Assembly: GCA_028534125.1 (NCBI GenBank)
Contig: CM052817.1
Span: 57,228,001 to 57,292,000 of the forward strand
Direction: 5' to 3'
From: Lama glama
Taxonomy: Eukaryota
DNA length: 64,000 bases
The translations under genes and the position numbers were made by a program. The notes under the pieces are model-generated. The model was not told where the DNA came from, did no database searches, and saw only the letters and a program-made list of their open reading frames with translations. Of the stretch, positions 24,963 through 37,910 are shown piece by piece (position 1 is the first letter of the stretch; every line of letters starts with the position of its first letter).

Positions 24963-26349
24963 AGGTAGTGTATTCAGGCAAAGGTAGATAGAGAAGCATG
25001 CAGAGAATATACTGGGAGTTAACTGGAAACGTAAATAGCTAGATTGAGATGGGTCACAGTACAGAGCTAAGGTGTCTTCTATTAATAACAAGTCGAAGTA
25101 AATCCACACTCTGGCAAAGTTACACTGTGTGCAAGTAAAATATATTCTGAAGACTACCTTGATGAGCATTTAACATTCAAAACTAAACTTTGGACATTAA
25201 CATGAGTACTTTCTCACACCATCACTCTATTATTTTGCAAAAGAGTAAGCTCTCGAAATGATGTCCATGCTTCAAGTTTTGCACTTGCCATTCCATTAAT
25301 GAGCATTCACTGACTTGTTACATATTTTAGTTTCAGTTCCACTGGCACATGCTATAATTAGCCCCTGACAATGGAAGAGGACACCCAAGTGAGAAACATA
25401 GAAATGCTCCTACTCTAAGGACAACTGAAAAACAAACAGAGAAACAAAGATTGCAGCTGGCATTATGCTGTCAGAAAGAAATGGAATGTTATAAAAGATG
25501 TTTCTATGCTCTTTCAGGCATACTTTTCCAGAGGCCAGAAATGTGGCATGCAGCCCAAGAAAGACTAGAAATGAGAAATATATAAAAAACAACACTGAAA
25601 GAAGGAACAATTGAAAAATTACTTTGAAGCAGAAAGCAAGCACTTAGTGCAACCTTACTTTTCTGAATCAACAGTTCCTTTTAAACACAACCTGCAAGAC
25701 GAATGTTGGACATGGTTGGAATATTGTGATAGTCTGAGAGGAAGCAAGGGAAAAGTGTTTCTCAATTCAGAGGAAGCATGAGGTAGATTTTGAGAACACA
25801 GATGTTGTTAGACTCCAAGGAAAGTTAGTATGAGTAGGGAAACAGAAAACATGAACAGAAGTTAGAGTTGCAAACAATGTGATGGCAGATGAGGAGATTC
25901 AAAGATAGAATTTGCTAACAGAATTATCAAGAATTCAGTCATGTTACCACGTCTAACTCCTGGGAAAGATGAGAGATGTAAGCCAAATGTGTGTTCCAGA
26001 AGTAGAGAATATGGATTTTCATGAACAAGTGTCAGTCTCAGTTACTATGTGCCTCTGTGATCTTATCACTTTGCCAATGCTGTTGTCTCAGAATGAAATT
26101 GTCTACCCCCTTTTTTCTATTTTGGAGTGTAAGCAGACTGGCATTCATCAACATACAGCTATTGAGCAAACAGGTGTACCTAGTACTGCCAGACTTTCAG
26201 AATTAGAAAGAATGAGTAAGACTTGATCCCAGCCCACAAGGACCTCACTGTGGAAAGACTGTGCTGTGTCATGGATAGTAAACAAAGGAAATGAGATCCA
26301 CAAAGGCTAGTGTTATAATTTAGATTTTTATCACCCATAATTTAGATTT

Positions 26350-26690
26350 TATCAGCCTTGTTGCACTAGCTGAGCTGCTGTAACAAAGGACAAAAATACA
26401 GCGGCTTAAACAAGATAGAGATTTCTTTCTCTGTCACATATTAGTCTGTATCAGAGTTGGTACAGGAAGAAAGAAAGGGTAGGACAAACTTCTTCCCTTC
26501 TAAAGGTATGACCCAAATTTATACATAATACTTCCTCTCATGTCCGATCGGCCAGACTAAGTCACATGGCCAAACCTAGCTGCAAAAAAAGGCTGGAACT
26601 GTGGTCTCTTGCTGAGCAGCCACGTATAACAGCAGAAATTTCTACTTTGATTTTAAAAAGGAGGAAAATGAAACAGATACTTGAAGTCAA
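26350..26690 (-). mobile_element. Old MLT1 (K/L-like) LTR fragment
   Basis: gctgctgtaacaaa...gcggcttaaacaagatag; ggccagactaagtcacatggccaaacctagctgcaa. Confidence 0.7.
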
Positions 26691-26894
26691 TACTTGTTAA
26701 CTTCCCAAAAAAAGCCAATATAAGTTTCCATTTATAAACTGAAAATTTAAATACTAATAACTTACCAGACTGGCAGAAAATCATAGGAATATTTATAATG
26801 ACGTGACACTTTCATAAGGAATAAGAGCCTCAAATTCAGCTTTGTGGGAAATGAACTCTAAAAATATTGTCAAAGAACAAAAGTATACTATCCA

Positions 26895-27050
26895 GAGCAA
26901 TTGTTCCCAACATCACTGAAATGTCAGGATCACCTGTGGAGATTATTTTAAAATATTGATGCCTAAGTCCTAGACATTTTGAATCTGGGAAGGGGCCTGA
27001 TCATGTAAATTTTTTTAAGTCCACGGAAGCGAATAGGATGCACTGTCAAG
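26895..27050. mobile_element. MER5-like hAT remnant
   Basis: gatcacctgtggag...aaaatattgatgcct...gaatctgggaaggggcct. Confidence 0.55.
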
Positions 27051-29102
27051 GATAAAGAGATATTCAAAGATAATGTTCAAACTTGTCTGAAAAGTTAAGC
27101 TGAAAAGACTGATTTTAAATAAACAAATACTGCTGCGCTTTTCTAAGCAACCTCAATCAAAAGGATCTTAGGTTGTTAAAGACTGATTATGAAAGTATAG
27201 GACTGAGCTGTCTCCTGCCTCTGCCACTTACAGACTTTAGGCAAGCTCCTAAAGTATCCTGAGCTTGATGTCCCTCATCTATAAAATGAGAAGTTTAGCC
27301 AAAATGACTGGCTTGCAGCATTCTAGGATCCCACATGTTTTCAGTTTCTGCTAGTGAGTTCTCTTCATTCACCAACATATCCTGAGTAACATAAGAGTAA
27401 AGTAAAAATTATTAATATTCAACAAGTATTTACAGAGGTCTTACTTTGTGCTAGGCTCTGCTAGAAATATCAAGGGAACAGCAATAAATACAGGCTGGCC
27501 TTCTTCCTTATTCATGGACCTTACAAGCTATCAACTGCAACACATTGTACTGGGTCCTAATAATGTAGATCAGAAGCCTATTGATGGCCACCTTTGGGTG
27601 GTAGGAACATATATAGGTATCTCTGTCTCTGTCTCTGTCTCTCTTCTGTGCTCCCCTTTTCCATTTTCTCATTTTCCCTTTTCACTCTTCCGTTTAAATC
27701 CAAATTTTCCTAGAATAAGTATAAAATTTTCTTACAGTGGAAAAAAGTGACTCCTATAGAAAGCCTTCTTTTTAAAAAATTATTTTGAAATGAATTTTCA
27801 AATTCCTGCTCACTTTTGTAAAAGATACCAAAAGTGAGCAAAATGCAGGCAAAGAGCTATTTGGTAAGGTAGAGCTCACCCCACGCTGAGAGAATATGTG
27901 TAATGGCTGAGTTCCCTTTCCATGTCCATAGCTTTCAGGAAAGGAAATACAGGTCCAGCAGAAATGTCATTGTGTGTGCAGATGTCTGTGTGTATGTACC
28001 TACATATGCATGTATACACACATGCATATATATGTTTCATAGAGCAAAGGGGCAGCAAAAAATGAGTACAAATGGACAATGAGGAAGGAACAATGAAAGA
28101 AATAGTTCTGCTTAAAAACAATTAACTCTTTTTTCTGTAAGCCAAACAGCATTGATAATTGAGGTTTCACAGGCAAGTCCTACAGTATTTTCTCAGCTTT
28201 CTCTGGTAACCTTCACCTCACTATGTATATTAAATGCTGTGAGGCTAACTACTGTTTGTTTCTTGGATACAAAAGACATTCTGTTCTTTCTGAGTTTCAT
28301 TCTGAGTGATCCTGGGTTTCTCCCAAGGCTGGCAAATGCCCTTCCCCAGTCAGCTTGCAATCGCTCTGCTAGAAGAGAAGCACCATAGGAAGGATTATTC
28401 AAAAGACCAGAGAATTCAAAAGCTTTGGAATGTGTGGTGTGATTATTACTATTTTCCTTGTTGCTTTCCTTTCCTTCCTTATGTTTTGTTTAGGTTCAAG
28501 TATGTTCCATTTCCTAGTACACACTGTTTGAGAGGAAGAAAGGGAAAGTGAGCTAAGAATAAGATAAGCAATGGGGCAAGCTGACACTAAACTGACAGTG
28601 TGGCCTGAATGATACCATGTGAACTATTCTGTATTTCATTTCTGAAATTATTAACATTTACCTTTGAAACACTGAAGTCTTCTTAATACATTTTATTGAC
28701 GCTTATTTATAATAAGTTGTGGAGTTAACCATGGGACTTACTGCTAAAGCATTGCTCTTACTTTAATCAATATCTAGTAGACCCTCCAATTTTCATTACC
28801 TAGTAAGTCTTTCTAATAGTATTCTCCTGGGTGACACTATAAATCAAAGAAAGGGGAGGAATAGTTGTATCTACTACTATACTTAGTAGTAGTCTACAGC
28901 ATTTTCAATAGCCACTGTAAAAATGTTGACTATCTACATATAAAAATATAATATCTTCATATATCAATAATAAGTAGGATAACTATTAAATGTTTGACAT
29001 TATTGTGTTCAGAGTAGAAGTGTTTTAACTCTTTCACACATAAAAAAATAACATGACGTGGATACTGGAAAACATTAACGATGTTTAGGGTTCATTTAAA
29101 GA

Positions 29103-29320
29103 AGTGATTCTCAATTGAGGATGATTTTGGCCCCCAAGGAAACATGTGGCAATGTCTGGAGACATAGTTTTGATTGTCACAACTTGGGGGCAGGAGTAGG
29201 GGCAACTGGTATGTGGTGGATAGAGGCCAGGGATGCTATTAAACATCCTACGATGCACAGGACAGGCCCCACAACAAAGAATTATCTGGCCTACAATGTT
29301 GCGATGCCAGGTTGACATAT
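29103..29320 (+). mobile_element. MER20 (hAT-Charlie) DNA transposon
   Basis: ggcaatgtctggagacat...gattgtcacaac...tagaggccagggatgcta...atgcacaggacaggccccacaacaaagaattatctggcc. Confidence 0.9.
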
Positions 29321-30351
29321 ATATTTTCAGGGTACCTTCCCAAAGCATTTAAAGTGGCAGAAGAAAATGGAGAACTTTTTTCTAAAACCCCAGTTTTGCT
29401 TATGAACCTTGATTATCCCCACAAACATCTGGCCCTCATAGTTTTTCCCATTCCACACTATATGTACATTCTCTGGCCAAAATAACCTGGTTGCAGAAAG
29501 AAGTCTCCTTCCTACTTCAAATAGTGTTTTATTGCTCTACAACAAGGCTTGTCTCACTGGCAGTGGAGAGGCACAAGCCAGAGATACCGCTGAGTTTTTT
29601 CAAAACACCCACTCCTACTAGTTCTGGTGTTTCTCAGTTTTCTGTGAGTTAGGGATGTATAGTCATTAACACATATCCCTAGCACCATGCAAAGTAAATA
29701 CAAAGTAGGATTTGTAGGAAGAAGATTGATAAGTACAGAAAAAGCAAAGTGTGCATAAGAGCATCAAGCTCTCATTATCCTAATGAGTTGACCAGACAGG
29801 ATGCATACAGCAAGGAAATCAGTAGCGAGGGAACCACATACTTCTATTGAAAGAGGCAACCTGTAACTGCAGGGGAAGCTTCCTGCCTCCAGGAGTGATA
29901 GGGACACTCCAGAGCTCAGCCCTGTTCTTCCTAAGAGTAATTCAGAACTACTGAGCCAGCTCTCTGCTAAGCTAAAAAGAAAGAGAATGAGCCGCCAGAG
30001 ACATTCGGATTGTCTTTCCTTGGAAAGGGAATGGATCAGAATGAAGAGGACATTAAAGAAGAGATCACAGTGCATTGCACGTAGTAAAAGCACATATTAG
30101 TTCCTGAAACTTTAACATTTTGATTGTGTATATGCATGTGTGTACTACATGGTAAGGTAAAATGTACTTCTTACTTAGGGTCATGGCCTAAGGGTTTGAA
30201 AGTCATGAACCTAGATTGGAGTTCCTCCCTCCCTCCTGCTCACTCTCTCCCTCCCTCCCTCTCTCTCTCCTTCCCCCTTCTCCCTACTCCATATCCATAC
30301 CCATATACAGGAAAATCAAATGAAAGATTTACCTATTAAAAATATATATAA

Positions 30352-33300
30352 TTATAATTGCCAAGATATGGAAGCATCCTAAGTGCGCATCAATAGATGA
30401 ATGGATAGAAAAGATGTAGCATACATATGCAATGGAATACAACTCACCCATAAAAAGGAGGACATTTTGCCATTTGTAGCCCTTCATTAACTGTTGTTGT
30501 TTTTTTTCCACTTCAAAAACCAGAATTTTATAACTGGCATAAACATTTCCTTTGCATCAAAAACAACAAAATATCTAGAAATAAACTTAACCAAGGAGGT
30601 TATCTATACTCTGAAAACTCTAAAACACTGATGAAGGAAATTGAAGATAATACAAAGAAATGGAAAGCTATCTTGTGCTCCTGAACTGGAAGAATCAACA
30701 TTATCAAAATGGCCACACTACCCAAAGCAATCTACAGATCCAATGCAACCCCTGTCAAAATACTCACAATATTCCTCACAGAAATAGAACAAACAATTTC
30801 AAAATTTATGAAGAATCACAGAACAACCACCAAAGCGATCTTTTGTAGGTTTTTTTTTTATCTCTTTCTTCTTTTTGTTCTCTTTTCTTACGGTTTGATG
30901 ACTAGAGAAGGTCCTTTAACATTTGTTGTAAAGCTGGTTTGGTGGTGCTGAAATCTTTTAGCTTCTATTTATCTGTGAAGCTTTTGATTTCTCCATAAAA
31001 TCTGAACGACAGCCTTGCTGGATAGAGTATTCTTGGTTGTAAGTTTCCCCCTTTCATCACTTTAAATATATCATGCCACTACCTTCTGGCCTGCACAGTT
31101 TCTGCTGAAAAATCAGCTGATAACTTTATGGGAGTTCCCTTGTATGTTATTTGTTGCTTTTCTCTTGCTAATTTTAATATTTTCTCCTCATCCTTAATTG
31201 TTGTCCATTTTATGACTATGTGCCTTCGTGTGTTCCTCTTTGGGTTGATCCTGTGTGGAACTCTCTGCGCATCTTGGACTTGGGTGATTGTTTCCTTTCC
31301 AAAAGTTGGGGAAGTTTTTGGTTATCTCTTCAAAAATTTTCTCGGGTCCTTTCTCTCTCTCTTCTCTTTCTGGGACCCCTATAATGTGAATATTAGTGCA
31401 CTTCATGTTGTCCCAGAGTTTTCTTAAACTATCCTCATTTCTTTTCATTTTTTCTTTTTTCTGTTCTGCAATAGTGATTTCAACTAATCTGTCTTCTAGC
31501 TCACTGATCCATTCTTCTGCCTTATTTAGTCTATCCTTGGTTCCTTCTAGTGTGTTATTCATTTCAGTGATTTTATTCTTCAATTCTGTTTGGGTATTCT
31601 TTATATTTTCTAACTCTTTGCTAAAAACTTCACTCGGTGCATCTATGCTCCTCTTGAGTTCTCCTGAGAACATCTCTGCCATCATTACTTTAAACTCATT
31701 CTTAGATGAACTGCCTGTGTCTTCATCACTTATTTCTTCTTCTGAGATTTTATCTTGTGCATTGGCCTGGAAGATATTCCTCTGCTGCCTCATATTGTCT
31801 ATCTTTCTATTTGTATTTTTAGGTAGGTTAGTTACATTTCTCAACCTTGGACAGATGGTCCTCTGTGGGAGACATCCAATGAGTCCTAGCAGTACATTCC
31901 TCTTGTCACCCAAGGGCCAGAGTCCAGCCAGTCCCAGGGTAGAGTCTTGCCTGTGTTTGTGATTCCTTCCACAGGCTTTGGGATTGTTGTTTTCTTATTT
32001 CTGGTATCTGCCCCATGGTGGATGAGGCAGGACTAGAGGCTTATGCAGGTTTCCTGGCAGGAGGAGCCAGTGCCTGCCCACTGCTGGGTGAAGCTTGGTC
32101 CTGGACTTCTGATGGGTAGGGCTGTGTCTAGAGGCATTTGTGACTCAGGAAGTCTGCTGATGGATGGGAACACAGTATGTTGTTTGGCCTGAGGTTTCCC
32201 AGCCCTTAAGCCTACAGGCTGCTGGGTGGGGCTAGGTCTTGGTGCTAATGATCCAATCAAGATGTCAGCCTCCAAGAAAGCTCATGTAGATAAACAGTCC
32301 CAGAATGTCCACCACCAGCTTTTATGTCCACTGGGTGAGCTGCAGCTGTCCCCTACCTCCCCAGGAAACCCTCCAAAACTAGCAGGCAGGTCTGGCCCAG
32401 GTTCCTATGAAATCACTGCCTCTGCCCTTGGACCTGGGGCACTCAAGATTTTCTGTACGCTTCCCAAGAGAATGAAGTCTCTGTTTCCCCCAGCCCCATG
32501 GGGGCTCCTGGAGTTAAACTCCACTGGCCTTCAAAACCAGATGTCCTGGGGTCTCTTTCTCCTGGTGCCAGAATCCAGGGCTGGGGAGACTGACATGGGG
32601 CTTATTACTCTCACACCTGTGGGAGGGCCTCCACAACTTAATTATTCTTCAGCTTGTGGGCCGCCCACCCAGGGGGTATGGGGCCCAATTGTATCATGAG
32701 CACACCCTTTCTACCATTCTACTATGGTTCCCTCTTTATATTTCCAGTTGAAGATCTTTTTGCTAGGTTCCAGTCTTTTTTTTTTTTTTTGATGGTTGTT
32801 TAGCAGTCAGTTGTAGTTTTGTTGTAGTCACAAAGAAAGGTGAGCTGGGGGTCTACTACTCTGCCACCTTAACCAGAAATCTGTCGATACACTGATGTGC
32901 ACTTAGGATGCTTCCATATCTTGGCAATTATAAATAATGCTGCGAATAGTGGGGTATATGTATCTTTTTGAATTAATGTTTTTGTTTTTCTAAGGTATAT
33001 GCCCAGTAGAGGAACTGCTGGGCCATATGGTGGTTCTATTTCTAGGTTTTTGAGAAACCATATTGTTTTCCATAGTGGCTGCACCAATTTACATTCCCAT
33101 CAACAGTGTACAAAGGTTCCCTTTTCTCCACATCCTTGCCAACATTTGTTATTTGTGTTCTTTTTGATGAGGGCCATTCTGACAGGTAGGTGATATCTCA
33201 TTGTGATTCTGATTTGCATTTCCCTGATATTAGTGATGCTGAGCAACTTTTCATGTTCCTGTTGGCCATCTGCATTTCCTCTTTTGGAAAAATGTCTGTT

Positions 33301-33835
33301 CAGTTCTTTTGCCCATATTTTAAATAGGTGGGTTGGTTGGTTGTTTGCTTTTTAACTGAAGAGTACAGTTGATTTAAAATGTTGCATTAGTTTCTTTTGT
33401 ACAGCATGGATGGACTTGGATGGCATTATGCTAAGTGAAATAAGTCAGACAAAGACAAATACTGTAATATATCACTTACATGTAGAATCTAAAAAAATAA
33501 AACAAACTAGTGAATATAACAGAAAAGAAACAGACTCACAGATGTAGAGAAAGAACTAGTGGTCACCAGGGGAGAGAGGGGAAGGGAGGGGCATTATGGT
33601 GGTGGAGGATTAAGAGGTACAAACTATCAGGTATGAAATAAACTACAAGGATGTATTGTACAACATTGGGAATATAGCCAATATTTTATAATAACTATAA
33701 ATGGAGTATAAACTTTAAAAATTTGTGTATCGCTTTATTGTATACCTGTAACATATAATATTGTCTATCAACTATAATTCAATTTAAAAATATGATATTG
33801 TAAAACAAATACATAAATAAATTTTAAAATGGTTA
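30352..33835. mobile_element. Rearranged L1 composite with pieces in both orientations
   Basis: + ORF2 end 30352-30480; + ORF2 middle ~30550-30840; - 5'UTR and ORF1 30841-32881; - ORF2 C-terminus 32892-33345; + 3'UTR 33405-33835. Confidence 0.9.
30902..31793 (-). pseudogene. L1 ORF1p remnant (frameshifted)
   Basis: MRQQRNIFQ...EEWISELEDRL...NEDSLRKLWDNMKCTNIHIIGVPEREE...; C-terminus [11 protein letters not shown] with stop at 30902-30904. Confidence 0.93.
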
Positions 33836-34099
33836 AAAAAATTTTTTATATGTATACATAATATAAACTTATGGGAATGACTGTACAAACCAAGCTTAGA
33901 AAACTCCCAGGAAGCCAGACCATTAAGCAAAGCTGCTGGGACTTGCAGTCATGACTGTGATTTTCACACTAAAGAGGATGGTGAGCACTGCTTAGGCCAT
34001 AGGCCTTCTAGCACCTACCCAACTGACCTTCCCCAGAAAACCTCTTGGCTTCTCTCTTTCCTAGCTACCTCCTGCTGAGACTGCAGGGCCAGCCACTTA

Positions 34100-34345
34100 T
34101 TAGTGCCCAAACAATGTTAACTGGGGACCAGCCATGAGCTAAACATCATGCAATATATTTTATATACTTATTTTACTTAATCCTAACAATCACCCAGGAT
34201 TATCATTTCCATTGAACAGATGATGAAACTAGCTCAGGATAGTATTATAGCATACCCAAGAACTTACAGTTAGGGAGGATGTGTTGGAACACAGAGGAAA
34301 ATCCAAGTCTCCAGGCTCTGAAGCCCAGGTTCCTTCCCCCACACT
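34100..34345 (-). mobile_element. MIR SINE
   Basis: ttaatcctaacaatcacc...ccattgaacagatgatgaaact. Confidence 0.65.
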
Positions 34346-34347
34346 AA

Positions 34348-34752
34348 TGTCTTAGTTCAAGAACAGATTCTGAGTTTGAGATGTGTGTGCAAGAGATTAT
34401 TATAGGGAGCTCTCAGTCTCAACATTTATGTAGGTGAGAAGGACGTATGACTGGGAAGCTGACCCCAAAATCCCATTTAGGTCTCTGGAGCTGATGGCCT
34501 TGGAGGGTTGTCCTGCCTTAAGGCAAGGAGTCCAGGCCTCCATATCCCACTCTCCCCATAGACACATCCTTAGATTCTGGCTTTCCCAAGGAAAAGGTAT
34601 GTATGACCTAGGTGAAGTGGCTCTCTCCTGCTGAGGGCAATGGCAAAGAAGAACTCAGTTAAGAGTCAACTGCCAACACTCCCAGGAGCTGAGGGAATGG
34701 GTGCCTCAGTTCCACAAGGAGATCTAGGCAGGGTCCTAGACCATCCACCACA
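34348..34752 (-). mobile_element. LTR33/LTR16-type ERVL LTR
   Basis: Starts tgtcttagttc...cagattctgagtttgagatgtgtgtgcaagagattatt, the reverse of the U5 end ctaagaca. Confidence 0.7.
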
Positions 34753-36019
34753 TCTGAGAACACAAATCCCCCATGCTTTCCATCCCCAGCTATACTGACA
34801 AAGCTGAATCCCCTGCACTTAGAAAAAACTGTTGCCTATTTCAGCTCCACCACTTACACTGTGTGATTTCTGAATCAGTAACTTAATCTCTCAGTGCTTT
34901 AGTTTCCTCATCTGAAAAATGGAAACAAGAATCATAACATAGGATTTTTCAGAATTATACAGTTCCTGGCACCTAAACACCTGAAAAATGTTTTTACTGC
35001 TAAAGCTGTTGTTACTTTTGCTTTGCTCCCTTGTTAACCAGCCTCTTCCATGTATAAAAAGTGCTCTGCCATTAGATACCAACACATATAGATTATGGAA
35101 ATGCCAAAATCTCAGTTCAGGATTTTGGCCCAATGTTTATTTCAGTCCTACAACCGCTGCTGCCACTTCACTTCGCTCACTACCACTGAGAGTGTGATTC
35201 CTTCAGGGAAGCTTCAAGAGACTTCTTTATGAATACTTGAAGCACTCCTGGGCTCACTCCAGGACAGGAGTTTAAATAATCCATGATAGCTGTGCCCGCA
35301 ATTGACAAAGAGAAGGCAAAATGCATAAGAGTAGCTATTCCTTACATGCCTTTACACAATCTTTGATAACACAGGCAGCCAGCATGGAATTCAGTAATAC
35401 TAAAAAATAAATAAGTAAATTTTAAATGCCCCAAAGAAAGCAAGACAAATATTTAAAAAATAGTTATGCCCAAAAGCAATATGAAGGTGATAGCTACCAG
35501 GTGACAAAAATAAAAGAGGCATAACATTTTTTAGCCAGGTTTGGAAATTGTCCCTTCAAGAACCAGACCATTTTCATGTTCAAGAGGATACACTAAATAG
35601 AGTGGTTTTCTCCACACAGAAGCCTTGAAGATTTTTTTATGCTCCTGACAAAATGAATGTTGGATGGCACTTGATGTTCTTAAATAATGAAGATGTTAGC
35701 TATTTCTCTAATGCTGTTAGAAAGCATTGCATTACATAGATAAAAGTTGTGTAACTACACTGGGTCAGTACAAAAGATGGTATATTGTTGGAATGACAGC
35801 TGTACCCTTAAAATGCATTCTATTGGCATAAAGATAAAAATGAATTTGTCTCAGAAGGCCAGCATGCTGCATAAGCCAGAATGCTCAATCGTGTAACCCA
35901 TTTGGGCTTTCATAATTTTGTTATTGCTTAAAGTCATGAAGCCATTGCCTGCTCTTTCAACACAACTGTCTACTGTCCAACGAAATGGACTATTCAGTTT
36001 TACTCCCAAAGCCCATGTT

Positions 36020-36400
36020 TCCTCATCTCTGAGCCATAGCTTATGCACCTCCCTCTACCCAGCGCTTCCTTCCCTCCATTTTTATCAGGCAAACTCCTCT
36101 CCATCCTTTAATGTCCATCTCAAATGTCATCTTTCAATGAAAGTTTTTTGGGGCCCACCCCCTCCAAACTAGACACGATCAGTCCATGTAAATTTCAATA
36201 ATACCTGCTCTGAGTCTTTCTTGTGAAAATACTTTATATCCTGCCTTGTCTTTGCTTATTTTACTTATCAACATTTATTTTTCTTCTATCTCATAAGCAT
36301 TTTAAGTATATGACTATGTCTTAATCTTCTTTGCACCCTCTGCAATATCTAGCACTACGCTTTGTATTTGAAAATGCTTAATACGTGTAGCTGAATTGAT
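36020..36400 (+). mobile_element. L2 3' fragment
   Basis: aaactcctctccatcctttaatgtccatctcaaatgtcatctt...tctagcactacgc...aaatgcttaata. Confidence 0.7.
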
Positions 36401-37910
36401 CAATAACACTTGCCCTTTGACAATTTGGGACTCAATATTCATCCTTTTATTATCCCTGCACTTCCTCTCTCATGCCTGCTCATAGGAGTCAGCACAAAGT
36501 GACCTCGGCTATACCTTGAAAATATTAAGAAAATCAGAGGTTAGAAATGTGACACTCTGTTTGTAAAAGATTGCTGCCTCTCTGTCTCTCTAGGAGTTAC
36601 GGGATTCTAGATCTCAAAAGCCTTTTATATAATATCTAAGTCTGGGGTTAAGCAAACTGCCGATTGTCACACATAGGGCGGACCTTGGACTAAAATCTAA
36701 CATGAGGATGAGATCTTTCGTTGTTTAATGCTGTTGTCATAGACGTGGTTAGAGTTTTTCTCTTTTGGGGTCTCAAGGTGATTTATTCTCGAAATGTGAT
36801 TTTTAAAGTATGAGCCTAAGAATATTTATTTACCAAAACAACAATATTTATAAGAAACCTTGAATTTACTTATACAACCAGCATGCACTATCCTGACCCA
36901 AATGATGAGTATATCAGATTTTAATACATTTAATACATACAAGCTATACTTGCCTGTGATAAAAACACTCCCGGTTCTATTGGTACTATCGAGAACATTC
37001 AAAGAAAAATGAAGATCAAGTAGAAACATTTTGCAGATTTTATTCTCAGTAGAACTCAACCACAAACAAAAGTTGTAAATGAATAATGTTTCAAATGAAG
37101 TGAAAATAATGCATCAATAACATGACTAGAAAATTCTGGGCAATGGATCAGAGTTTTGAAAAATCTTCATAGAAGATTTTCTTCCAGGGAGCACTCGCAG
37201 TATCTAAATGCATTTATTGTTGTCTCACTGTGATTTCTATGAAGCTGAAACTAAGAAAGGCCCTTCCTGCTCACTTCCATTTTTCAAGTGGTTTGCTGTA
37301 ACCTCATATTCTCTTGTTGAAGCACAACCTAAAATCTGTCTTCATCAAACTAAATTAAGAGAGATTTTTATACCCTATGATTTGTTGATTTTATAGCTTC
37401 CTTATACCCAAAAGTTAAGATGACCTTTTGCCCCAAGGCTGTTTTCACAAAGGTATTTATCAAGTTTCAGTTTCTTTATGATACCTATATGTGCGTGTTA
37501 TTCTTCTTAAGGTGATTATCACGTAGGTGAGCATGACATAGTCCTACACAACACTTCTCCCATGTCCTGAGGTTCAATACCAAACTCCTGGTGATTAAAG
37601 CTATTGAACACAAACTCTCAACGGCATATACAACCAAAGAGAAACAATTACTTGTGCTGTTATGTGGTAAATTCAGAGCCTTGAACACAAAAAATCAAGG
37701 AAACTTCTATAAAGGTAGATTTATCTTTTCAGATTTCTGCAGGTAGTGAGAGCTCATATCTAAGATTTGCTGCATAATAAGTACCTTCAGTCAGCCTATC
37801 TATCAGCCTGGACAGATCTTTAGAGGAAAGTCTATGCAAGGTAGAATGCCAAAGGTTTATATAAAATAGAATGTAGATTATAAGGAAAATCCTCTTAGTT
37901 TTAAAGTCGA

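Noticed and set aside
26315..26354. Short tandem duplication ataatttagatttt(t)atca
   Set aside because: Ordinary local duplication with no functional signal.
31396..31962. 188-aa plus-strand ORF
   Set aside because: Antisense shadow of L1 ORF1.
32033..32699. 157-aa and 80-aa ORFs; GC-richer patch as a host promoter
   Set aside because: Lies within the L1 5'UTR, CpG-depleted, no recognisable protein.
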